In this document: positions 1 to 7,367 of the stretch, piece after piece
How the letters are laid out: the number at the start of each line of letters is the position of its first letter
Position numbering within the stretch: the first letter of the stretch is position 1
From: Candidatus Thorarchaeota archaeon
GTDB lineage: Archaea; Asgardarchaeota; Thorarchaeia; Thorarchaeales; Thorarchaeaceae
Assembly: GCA_048882385.1 (NCBI GenBank)
Contig: JBHLRQ010000097.1
Span: 1-11,428 of the forward strand
Direction: 5' to 3'
Length of the DNA: 11,428 nucleotides
The notes under the pieces: model-generated
Database searches by the model: none
Told to the model about the DNA's origin: nothing
Seen by the model: the letters and a program-made list of their open reading frames with translations, nothing else
Translations under genes and position numbers: made by a program

Positions 1-2
1 GT

Positions 3-1178
3 TGGATGATGGAGAAAGGTTACGTAGAAGAAACAATTCTAGAAAAGATAGGTCGACGGGTTGGATTGACCAGCTACGGTTTCAAATATGTTGTGAGGAG
101 TATGTCACTCAACAAGACTCGAGCAGCTCTCTTGATCATTGGAATCTCTTTAGGTGCAGGAGTCGCATTCATGGGTACTTCAATGGTTGGCGGATACAAC
201 AACAGTCTAGCTACTTACATGAATCAATACGAACAATGGGATCTTTTAGTAGACTTCAAACAGCCTTTGAACTCATCGCAGGTAGATGGTATCCTTACTA
301 CAGTCGATAGTATTGAATCCTATGAACCATATTTGAAATTGGGAACGAAAGTCATCATTTCTGAACAAGAGAGACTAGTTAGTCTTCTATGTCTGAACAC
401 TGCTGGTTCACTACACCAGTTCAGGCTGGAATCTGGAAGAGCAATAGAAAATGATCATGAACTTGTGGTTGACGTTACAATCGCTAACACTCTGGAGATT
501 CAAGATGGTGAGAGTGTGAATATCACTCTAGGGAACAATACAATCGAGTTTGCGATTGTTGGAATTGTAAGCTCACCTCTCAATGTGTTCTATATCGAGT
601 TCTCAGAAGCTATGGAGTACTTAGAGCAAGAAATGATTAGTGGTCTTTTCGTGAAAACAGTGCAGGGCGCAGATCCTGATGTTGTTGCAGAAGAAGTATT
701 CGCACTTGATGACATCGAGAACGCAATGACAGAATCACAAGCCTCTAGCAGTGTGATTAGCGAGTCTCAAGGGACTGCAATATCTATTGGAATGGCTGGA
801 ATGGCAATGGCTCTATTATTAGCCGTTGTTTGGAATATTGTTGCAATAAGCACTAGTGAGAGAACACCTGAATTAGCCCAATTAGAGGCTATAGGTTGGT
901 CTCGGAATTCTCTGACTCGGTTGCTTTTTGTAGAGGTCTTGATTGTAAGTCTGTTTGGAATTCTTCTAGCTGTTCCCATTGGATTTTGGTTCACGAGTCT
1001 TTTGGATGGTTTCATGAAGACGTACATTCCCTTCTATTCTCCTACATTTGATATCGTTATGTTTGCGGGTATTGGCTTTCTAACAATCATCACTGCAATC
1101 CTAGCATCATTACCTGCAGCAAGAAGACTACGTAGAATCGAAATTGATAGAGTTATTCGAGAACGACTCATGACTTGA
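3..1178 (+). CDS. ABC transporter permease, FtsX/MacB-like family (5'-partial; probably the second half of a duplicated permease)
   Basis: The frame is open to the window edge (TGG at 3-5 precedes ATG at 6). There is an N-terminal TM after 'RSMSLNKTRAALLIIGISLG', a ~200-aa MacB-like extracytoplasmic domain ('LESGR...ELVVD...IVGIV'), the FtsX motif 'STSERTPELAQLEAIGWSRNSLTRLLFVEVL', three C-terminal TMs and a 'PAARRLRRIEI' end. No ATPase gene lies in the window. Confidence 0.88.
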   Translation, partial: WMMEKGYVEETILEKIGRRVGLTSYGFKYVVRSMSLNKTRAALLIIGISLGAGVAFMGTSMVGGYNNSLATYMNQYEQWDLLVDFKQPLNSSQVDGILTTVDSIESYEPYLKLGTKVIISEQERLVSLLCLNTAGSLHQFRLESGRAIENDHELVVDVTIANTLEIQDGESVNITLGNNTIEFAIVGIVSSPLNVFYIEFSEAMEYLEQEMISGLFVKTVQGADPDVVAEEVFALDDIENAMTESQASSSVISESQGTAISIGMAGMAMALLLAVVWNIVAISTSERTPELAQLEAIGWSRNSLTRLLFVEVLIVSLFGILLAVPIGFWFTSLLDGFMKTYIPFYSPTFDIVMFAGIGFLTIITAILASLPAARRLRRIEIDRVIRERLMT

Positions 1179-1205
1179 ATCTCATGATAGCCAGATGTGC
1201 TTTGG

Positions 1206-1238
1206 AAAAAAAAGAGTGTGGGGAGAGCCAAAGGCTCT
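1206..1238 (-). terminator. Probable terminator of the minus-strand DOMON-like gene: hairpin plus T8 tract
   Basis: The minus strand reads AGAGCC-TTT-GGCTCT (6-bp stem overlapping the TAG stop), then CCCCA-CACTC-TTTTTTTT (A8 on + at 1206-1213). It lies between convergent genes. Confidence 0.6.
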
Positions 1239-2337
1239 ATCTTCCCCTCTTGATGAATACGATAACAATTACGATGACTAAAACTCCGCCTATGGCAGCT
1301 CCAATCAATAGTGTCTGATCAAAACCTGTTGGAGTCGGTGTTGTTGTAGGTGTTGTTGGTGTAGTACTAGCAGACGGAATACTGAGTTCAAAAGTGGTTG
1401 GTAAATCTCCACCTGCTCTAAAATGATTGTCATCTCCAGAATTGTTGTGAATAGCCACATAAAATGGTGTAGATGATCCGGCGCTAAACGCTAAATCATC
1501 ATCAGTATTTCCTGTATCCAAAGATCTCTTGAATTCAACATTCCACGCAGTTCCATTATGCACAGATCCTGCGATGACATCACCACGACTTCCAGTAGGG
1601 CGAACTGTTTTGTAACCATTAACGAAATTACTGATTGGAGTCGAGTTCGTTCCAGCTGTCCAATTTATTTCGATACCGTTATTGTCCCAAAATGGACGAT
1701 CATCATTACTGAACGCAATAACTGTTGAACTGTTGCCTAAAGCAGTCGTGATTACCGAGGAATTCTCCGCCTGAACAACAACAGAGTTATCAGAGTAGCC
1801 ACCTGCAGTTTTTGCATCTGACTGTCTGCCTGAACCATCCCAGTATTTATCATCAGCCCAGCCTGCTAATGCAGTACGAGACGCCTTCCAGTGCCAGACA
1901 TCAAACAGCATCGGATCTGCAGTGCCTGGATTGTGACCACATACAATTGCCGATCCCAGACCCCATGCGAAAGAGATTCGATCCTCATTGCCTCCAACAT
2001 TCTCCCAGTCGGTTCCATTGTATGACCATCCTTTTCGGGTGTTGTCCTTAGTGCTATCATTCCAGGCTGCAAAAATGTAGATGTAGGAATCATCTATGAG
2101 TGCCCTCAAAGCAACATTAATTCCTGACCCTTCGATACTTGGAATAAGAAGAGTTTCTGCTGCACTCCATGCTGATTCAGTGTCTACCCCATCAATAGTG
2201 ATAGTGTCGGTTGTGCTACTGGGTGTTAGAGTGGTTGCACCTGATTGTGCAATGACATTCTGAGATGCCAAAAGGATTGTAGCTACAAATCCCAACACAA
2301 CGAGTATGCTAGTTAGTTTTCTGTCTTTCAAATGCAT
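1237..2337 (-). CDS. Secreted, C-terminally membrane-anchored ethylbenzene dehydrogenase gamma-like (EB_dh / DOMON-like) putative heme-binding protein, 366 aa
   Basis: I moved the start from 2418 to ATG 2337 because it is preceded by SD-like GTGAGGT and followed by a signal peptide (MHLKDRKLTSILVVLGFVATILLASQNVIA). Family-type motifs: 'ITIDG..ESAW', 'LRALIDDSYIYIFAAWNDST', 'NEDRISFAW', 'DVWHWKASRT', 'GWADDKY', 'GSRGDV..GTAWNVEFKRSL'. It ends with a Thr/Pro linker, a TM helix and a basic KRGR tail, and has many N-x-S/T sequons. Confidence 0.8.
   Translation of the reverse strand: MHLKDRKLTSILVVLGFVATILLASQNVIAQSGATTLTPSSTTDTITIDGVDTESAWSAAETLLIPSIEGSGINVALRALIDDSYIYIFAAWNDSTKDNTRKGWSYNGTDWENVGGNEDRISFAWGLGSAIVCGHNPGTADPMLFDVWHWKASRTALAGWADDKYWDGSGRQSDAKTAGGYSDNSVVVQAENSSVITTALGNSSTVIAFSNDDRPFWDNNGIEINWTAGTNSTPISNFVNGYKTVRPTGSRGDVIAGSVHNGTAWNVEFKRSLDTGNTDDDLAFSAGSSTPFYVAIHNNSGDDNHFRAGGDLPTTFELSIPSASTTPTTPTTTPTPTGFDQTLLIGAAIGGVLVIVIVIVFIKRGR
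1327..1365 (-). repeat. Low-complexity Thr/Pro linker (TTPTTPTTTPTPT) before the membrane anchor
   Basis: Visible in the translation and as repeated (g)gtgttgtt units on the + strand. This is a typical O-glycosylated stalk of archaeal surface proteins. Confidence 0.7.
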
Positions 2338-2472
2338 AGACCTCACTTTGCCACAGCGAATACAATTCCGCAGTATCATTCCGCTAGCAAAAATCAGTTT
2401 TAAGCAAGTATCCAACATTAGCTATAGTACAATATTGAATATAGTGTTGAGAATTGAAATAACTCATCAATC

Positions 2473-2515
2473 AAATAAGAATGGTGAGAGGAAGTAGGAT
2501 ATTTCCTACTCCCTC
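2473..2515 (-). terminator. Hairpin followed by CATTC-TTATTT; probable terminator of a minus-strand transcript
   Basis: The minus strand reads GAGGGAGTAGGA-AATA-TCCTACTTCCTC: a 12-bp stem with one G.U pair that forms only on the minus-strand RNA. It is followed by TCAC-CATTC-TTATTT. Confidence 0.55.
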
Positions 2516-2671
2516 AAGAAAGGTGTACTACACTACCTTTTCTTTAAGCTTCAAACTTGTTGAAACCTGGAGAGAAATCCAAGCTCATTGGACCTGAATC
2601 TCTTTGAAATGAGTCGTCAAATTCAATTTAAGCAACTATCTCGAAATCGGTATAGTCAGTTTCTGATATAG

Positions 2672-3535
2672 TCATGCGTGTGGATTGGATCCCCGTATTA
2701 TCGAAATATGAACAATTTGCTTAACATCAACTGCTTTGAAATGCTTCTTCATCTCACCCTTGAGCATCTCAATGTCAAACCCATCCCCTGATTCGATACG
2801 AGGATGTTCTCTCTGTTCAACGAACTCTCCAATATCAAGAGGATCTTCGTATTTTGTGAGCAGTGCTGACGGTGTAACAACTCCCAAGACCCCCTTTTTT
2901 GACATCACTCTTTTCCATTCTCCAAGACATGAATCCAAACAATCACTTTTGATATCGCCTGTAACAATTATCAGGTCCAGGAAACCATCTTTCATTGGAA
3001 TGTCTTCGAACGTTCCATCTACAACTGAAACATTTTCCATCTCAAGATTCACATTGACTTCTCTTGGAAGAATCGCGTATATTTTACCATCTGGAACTTC
3101 ACTTTGAAGAGTTTCCATAAGCTTTCTTACTGGTCCTGAAATCCTACTGGCAACATATGCAATGTTTGCGTTTTTGGGAATTCTTTCAACAAGCAAACTA
3201 CCTATTTTCTTGAATGCACTATGCTCTGGTGGAAGACTAAACAAGTATTCGGTATAGAATTCATGAACTGTTCTTATGGCATCGAAAAGAATCTCTTCAC
3301 GAGCTTCAGCACCTTTCCTGTCAATTTGATATACTCTACGTTTGGGTCCACTCTTGCTTTTTTCCCAACGATCCTTCAAAATGCCCTCATCTTTCATTTC
3401 AGACAAAATAGAATACAGGCGTCCTATACCGACAACAATCTTCTTCTGTTCCAGTAATTTGTGCATTTCGTATCCATAGAACTCACCCTTTCCTGCCATC
3501 CTCAGAATAGCCGTCTTGAGTTCTTGAGTTCTCAT
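2672..3535 (-). CDS. PadR-family winged-helix transcription regulator fused to a degenerate class I SAM-methyltransferase-like domain
   Basis: The N-terminus has PadR hallmarks ('AILRM..GEFYGYEMHKLL', 'GRLYSILSEMKDEGIL', 'W..SKSGPKRRVYQIDRKG'). The C-terminus resembles Methyltransf_11 ('VVDGTFEDIPMKDGFLDLIIV', 'CLGEWKRVMSKKGVLGV') but has no GxGxG motif I. Confidence 0.8.
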   Translation of the reverse strand: MRTQELKTAILRMAGKGEFYGYEMHKLLEQKKIVVGIGRLYSILSEMKDEGILKDRWEKSKSGPKRRVYQIDRKGAEAREEILFDAIRTVHEFYTEYLFSLPPEHSAFKKIGSLLVERIPKNANIAYVASRISGPVRKLMETLQSEVPDGKIYAILPREVNVNLEMENVSVVDGTFEDIPMKDGFLDLIIVTGDIKSDCLDSCLGEWKRVMSKKGVLGVVTPSALLTKYEDPLDIGEFVEQREHPRIESGDGFDIEMLKGEMKKHFKAVDVKQIVHISIIRGSNPHA

Positions 3536-3552
3536 TCAAATAACACATCCTT

Positions 3553-3582
3553 AATATGATACATACCCTCTTTCATATTTAA
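3553..3582 (-). promoter_or_regulatory. Putative TATA box (TTAAATA, 3576-3582) overlapped by inverted repeat AATATGA-N13-TCATATT upstream of the PadR fusion
   Basis: The 7-bp arms lie at 3553-3559 and 3573-3579. The TATA-like element is ~40 nt upstream of ATG 3535. Confidence 0.4.
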
Positions 3583-3693
3583 CCATTGTTAACAGTAAAT
3601 TTCGGTTTGACATTTCCAAAACCATTTTGAAATCAGAGATTTTGAAGCTGCCGATGTGCAGTATTGAGGTTACCGTTACTCAGAGCTGGTCAA

Positions 3694-4482
3694 CTATCCC
3701 AATCGAATATTTGGTTTGGGTAATGGTTTCCGTTTGTGTTCTGACTGTTTCATCACCCGCAAGACTTTCCTTACCTTATCTTCTTCCAAGCCCCAGTCGA
3801 TGATTTTCTCGACACTCATCTCCTTCTCAAGATGTAGATAGAGAATGCTATCAAGTTCTTGGTATGAAAGCCCTATTTCACCCTCATCAGTTTGACCCGC
3901 CCAAAGTCCAGCTGATGGAGTCTTCTTCACAATTGCTTCAGGGACTCCTAGCTCATATGAGAGATCCCAAACATTTGTTTTATACAGGTCTCCTATTGGT
4001 AGAATGTCAACTCCACCATCTCCATATTTCGTAAAGTAGCCGATCATCAACTCACTCTTATTGCCAGTACCAAGAACTAATCTATTCTCTTGATTAGCAC
4101 GAGCGTACCATGTTGTCATTCTTAGTCTGGCTGAAAGATTTCCAAGAGTAATTTTATCCAACGAGAGAGAACTATACGCTGAAATGGCTTCTTTGAGTTC
4201 GAATAATTCATGTTTCATTCCAAGTGACTCAGCTAAATCTTGTGCATCATTCACATTCTGAGCATCTTTTTTGGCATCAACAGGCAACATGATTCCTAGA
4301 ACTCTATCTGGTCCAATTGCTTCGCATGCCAGGGTGGCCACAAGACTCGAATCTATTCCACCACTTAACCCTAGAACTGCTCCTTTTACTCCTGCACGAG
4401 TTATGTAGGTCTGTATAAAATCAACAATAATCCTTCGAGGTTTTTCATAGTTCTCTAGTCGTAGTCCCTCTGGAAGTTCCAT
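3694..4482 (-). CDS. nadE: NH3-dependent NAD+ synthetase
   Basis: PP-loop 'LGLSGGIDSS', 'GNLSARLRM', 'VLGTGNKSELMIGYFTKYGDGGVDILPIGDLYKTNV', 'PSAGLWAGQTDEGEIG' and 'SEHKR'. It is 262 aa with no glutaminase (nitrilase) domain. A GAGG SD lies upstream. Confidence 0.97.
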   Translation of the reverse strand: MELPEGLRLENYEKPRRIIVDFIQTYITRAGVKGAVLGLSGGIDSSLVATLACEAIGPDRVLGIMLPVDAKKDAQNVNDAQDLAESLGMKHELFELKEAISAYSSLSLDKITLGNLSARLRMTTWYARANQENRLVLGTGNKSELMIGYFTKYGDGGVDILPIGDLYKTNVWDLSYELGVPEAIVKKTPSAGLWAGQTDEGEIGLSYQELDSILYLHLEKEMSVEKIIDWGLEEDKVRKVLRVMKQSEHKRKPLPKPNIRLG

Positions 4483-4577
4483 GAGAATTCCTCAATCTGC
4501 ATTTAATGATATTGCTTTTGTACGTTGCCTGAGGGGCAATGTTTGCCTATGGTATAGAGTTGTGGCAAGGGTGTGTA

Positions 4578-5273
4578 CTATGCCCCCAGCAATAATGTTT
4601 CGATTATGAAATAGAAGAATGATGCCGAACCAATGTAGAAGATCATCACTGTGAAAGCTCCAGTAATTATCATCCATATTTTCTTTCCTTTTACATTGTT
4701 ATAGCAGACGAATGTTGATAGACCCAGAATAAGCTCGGGTATAACAATATACCATGCGAGATTTCCAGTCATCCCAATCACGGTTGCAGACCAAGATGGT
4801 AGATTGACAAGAGTCAATTCAGCAAGAATGAAAATTAGAATCGACGTTATGGATACAACACCATATGCCTGTTTTAGCGAATTTCTGTTTTGAACTTCCT
4901 TCCCAATGAAAACGATGATGAAGAATGGTATCGACCATAGCCCTGCCATGTAAATCGGAATAACACCCCCAATCATTGGAAACCCATCGTCTGGAAACAC
5001 AAGAGATTCCAACGTTTCTGCAAGATACCAATCTGGGAAGACCATGAGTAGACTCAGGATGAAGCTGAAGACCCAGATGCTCTTCCATTCCTCGTATCCC
5101 TTGTCGTAGAACTCAACGACTATCAAACCATTGTAAACTATAACCAAGACCAACATCTTGCCACTGATTGTTGCCGTTGGAATGGGGACCAATAATGTGA
5201 CAGCTGCTAGTACTGCAAAGATGACATGAATCAACAGAAAGTTTCTGATTGGTTTCTCACTGAAAATCTGCAT
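4578..5273 (-). CDS. Conserved hypothetical polytopic membrane protein (~7 TM; resembles DUF6989-type proteins, from memory)
   Basis: 231 aa with multiple hydrophobic helices and conserved-looking motifs 'FPDWYLA...LVFPDDG.P.IGG.IPIYMAGLWSIPFF', 'LAE' and 'YIVIPELILG'. The family assignment is unverified. Confidence 0.7.
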   Translation of the reverse strand: MQIFSEKPIRNFLLIHVIFAVLAAVTLLVPIPTATISGKMLVLVIVYNGLIVVEFYDKGYEEWKSIWVFSFILSLLMVFPDWYLAETLESLVFPDDGFPMIGGVIPIYMAGLWSIPFFIIVFIGKEVQNRNSLKQAYGVVSITSILIFILAELTLVNLPSWSATVIGMTGNLAWYIVIPELILGLSTFVCYNNVKGKKIWMIITGAFTVMIFYIGSASFFYFIIETLLLGA

Positions 5274-5297
5274 GGGGTCTCATCGAAAATTTCTGGC

Positions 5298-5310
5298 CTA
5301 TAAATTATCG
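5298..5310 (-). promoter_or_regulatory. Archaeal BRE-TATA promoter, likely leaderless transcript of the 4578-5273 gene
   Basis: The minus strand reads CGATAAT-TTATAG (BRE RNWAAW = GATAAT, plus TATA). The TATA ends ~26 nt before ATG 5273, and the gene has no SD. Confidence 0.55.
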
Positions 5311-5319
5311 GCTCTTTTG

Positions 5320-6306
5320 CTACATTGATTCTCTTACAAATTTGATTATGTCCGAGTCCATCTTAGAAACGTGCTTACCTAACCAGATAAGATGTCCTGC
5401 ATTTTCAATTCTATACAATCTCGCATTAGGTATTGTATTGGCTGAAAACTCTGCATTTGAAAATGGAACATCTGTATCAACTGTTCCATGAATGACCATT
5501 GTAGGACAAGTGATTTCGTTCAAATTCTCAAAAGACACTCTTTCTAGCTGTTCGAGATCATTGTTTAGTCCAGCCAATCTTGAACTCATCGGGCACGTGG
5601 TTCGCATGAATCTCTTAAACCACAAAACCTGTTCAGGGATAGACATGACCTGCTTCACATAGTCATTCAAACCAGATGAATCCAAACCGACAGATTCCTT
5701 GGAACTCATCTTTAGCGAGAAGGACGGCCAACGTCTGGTCAAGATATCGAACATCCACACTCCTATATCGACCATTGAATCTGATAGAAATATCTTTGCC
5801 ATAGTCGACTTCATCTGACTCTCACGTACAATGTACTTTTGGCTGACAGCTGCCATCAGAATTAGCGCTTTGACTCTCTTAGGATGACGTAGGGCAAGAT
5901 GTAGGGCTGCCGGTCCTCCTGCAGAAGCACCAAGAACTGCAACCTCGGAAATGCCCAAACTCACAAGTAATGCTTCAACAGCATCTGCCTGTTCTTCATA
6001 GGTCACTCCCGTAGTTAACGGTGTTCGAAGATATCCCGGTCTGGAGATAGATAGCACTGAGAAACCACTTTCATTCCACATTTCTTGAAGAAGTAGACCT
6101 TGGTCATATCCACCAGGACCTCCGTGAAGAAAAAGTATGACCGGACCACTACCTTTGAGAGCGTATTCGATCTCCCCAGCAGTCGTAACAGCAATCTCGC
6201 TGTTACACTCCAGTACTGATGATAAAATTCGTTTCCAACGTCTGAAAGTCAAAATCATCCACACTAACAGTAGAAATGTGAAGATGAGAGAGATCTCAAA
6301 CAACAT
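5320..6306 (-). CDS. Alpha/beta-fold hydrolase with N-terminal membrane anchor
   Basis: Oxyanion-loop 'FLHGGPGG', 'SRPGYLRT', nucleophile elbow 'GASAGG', acid in 'IHGTVDTDV' and His in 'ENAGHL' give a complete Ser-Asp-His triad. A hydrophobic N-terminal helix is followed by RRWKR. Confidence 0.92.
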   Translation of the reverse strand: MLFEISLIFTFLLLVWMILTFRRWKRILSSVLECNSEIAVTTAGEIEYALKGSGPVILFLHGGPGGYDQGLLLQEMWNESGFSVLSISRPGYLRTPLTTGVTYEEQADAVEALLVSLGISEVAVLGASAGGPAALHLALRHPKRVKALILMAAVSQKYIVRESQMKSTMAKIFLSDSMVDIGVWMFDILTRRWPSFSLKMSSKESVGLDSSGLNDYVKQVMSIPEQVLWFKRFMRTTCPMSSRLAGLNNDLEQLERVSFENLNEITCPTMVIHGTVDTDVPFSNAEFSANTIPNARLYRIENAGHLIWLGKHVSKMDSDIIKFVRESM

Positions 6307-6465
6307 ACTCTGGAAATCCAGTCTCCTCCCATATCACTCTTCTTACACTCTAGAGCAAAAAGACATGCTAAGCTTTATCAGCTCTCAGGACAGGAATCGG
6401 CCGATATTGTCTGCAACCACTACTCTGTTTTTGCAGGTCAATAGTACGCTAAAGAGGAGTTAAAA

Positions 6466-7359
6466 TTGTCGGAAAAATTAGGGCAACTTGACTTAGTATT
6501 TGTCGTAGACAATACAGGTTCAATGGGGCCATATATACAAAACGTCAAAACAAAGATTTTGGAGATTATTCGCACGATCAAGAAGGAGGAGATGGTCCAC
6601 AGACTCAGAGTTGGTCTAGTTTCATACCGTGACCATCCGCCCGAGGAAACGACCTACGTCACTCAGAAGTTCGAACTCACACCTGACACCCCTAAGATTG
6701 AGAATTATGTGATGCAGATGGATGCATCTGGCGGAGGTGATGGGCCTGAAGCTGTTTCAACAGCACTTCAGGTTATGAACAAGATGGAGTTTCTCAACGA
6801 GTCTGCAAAAATCGCAGTCCTAATTGGAGATGCACCGCCTCATGGTGTTGAGAGTGGAGACCGCTGGCCAAAAGGAACACCAGATGGAGCGAAATGGACT
6901 GAAGAGGCCAAAAGAGCCTTTGGTAAGGGAATTGTAATTCACACAGTCGGCTGTTTCCCTGAGATTGCTAGCTATGAAAAAGCTGTACAGACCTATGAGA
7001 AGATTGCTGCAGACTCTCAGGGAAGATTCATACCACTTGAAAAGGCAGAGCTCCTTGTCAACATCATTACTGGACTAGCAGTTGAAGAGATTGACAAATT
7101 AGCTATACAGAAATCAATCCTGGAGGACCTTGGTGTCAGCATGGAAGAATTTCCAGCAGATGAAGAGTTCACTGAGGAAAAGATCTCAGAGATTGTTGCA
7201 AAGGTCCAGGCGAAAGGCGTGAAAAAACGAGCAATGGCTGAACGGTCAGCCGCAGCCCCAGCAGCTAGTCGTGAGGACCTATTAGTTGAGGAACAAGAAA
7301 TAGATGAGGCTGATATCCGAGAGGCTGTTCGGCAGCTGAAATCAAAGTCTAGAAAATAA
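6466..7359 (+). CDS. Stand-alone von Willebrand factor A (vWA) domain protein, VwkA/fungal-type, with acidic helical C-terminus
   Basis: TTG start with AGAGGAG SD. MIDAS 'DLVFVVDNTGSM', plus 'VGLVSYRDHPP', 'ASGGGDGPEAV' and 'VLIGDAPPHG'. No signal peptide or TM. Confidence 0.9.
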   Translation: MSEKLGQLDLVFVVDNTGSMGPYIQNVKTKILEIIRTIKKEEMVHRLRVGLVSYRDHPPEETTYVTQKFELTPDTPKIENYVMQMDASGGGDGPEAVSTALQVMNKMEFLNESAKIAVLIGDAPPHGVESGDRWPKGTPDGAKWTEEAKRAFGKGIVIHTVGCFPEIASYEKAVQTYEKIAADSQGRFIPLEKAELLVNIITGLAVEEIDKLAIQKSILEDLGVSMEEFPADEEFTEEKISEIVAKVQAKGVKKRAMAERSAAAPAASREDLLVEEQEIDEADIREAVRQLKSKSRK

Positions 7360-7367
7360 AGTCCTAA

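Noticed and set aside
2338-2418. 27-aa N-terminal extension of the ORF-track call 1237..2418, containing a 'CIRC' CxxC
   Set aside because: ATG 2337 has an SD and begins a clean signal peptide. The extension overlaps the likely promoter, so the CxxC is probably not translated.
2636-2674. Selenocysteine readthrough of the PadR-fusion TGA using the downstream hairpins as a SECIS
   Set aside because: Readthrough adds only LYQKLTIPISR before TAG, there is no redox motif, and I could not recognise a SECIS core in the hairpins.
2651-2674. Direct repeat TATAGTCA x2 at the PadR-fusion stop (possible target-site duplication)
   Set aside because: It is only 8 bp with an 8-nt spacer, and there is no transposase or terminal inverted repeat nearby.
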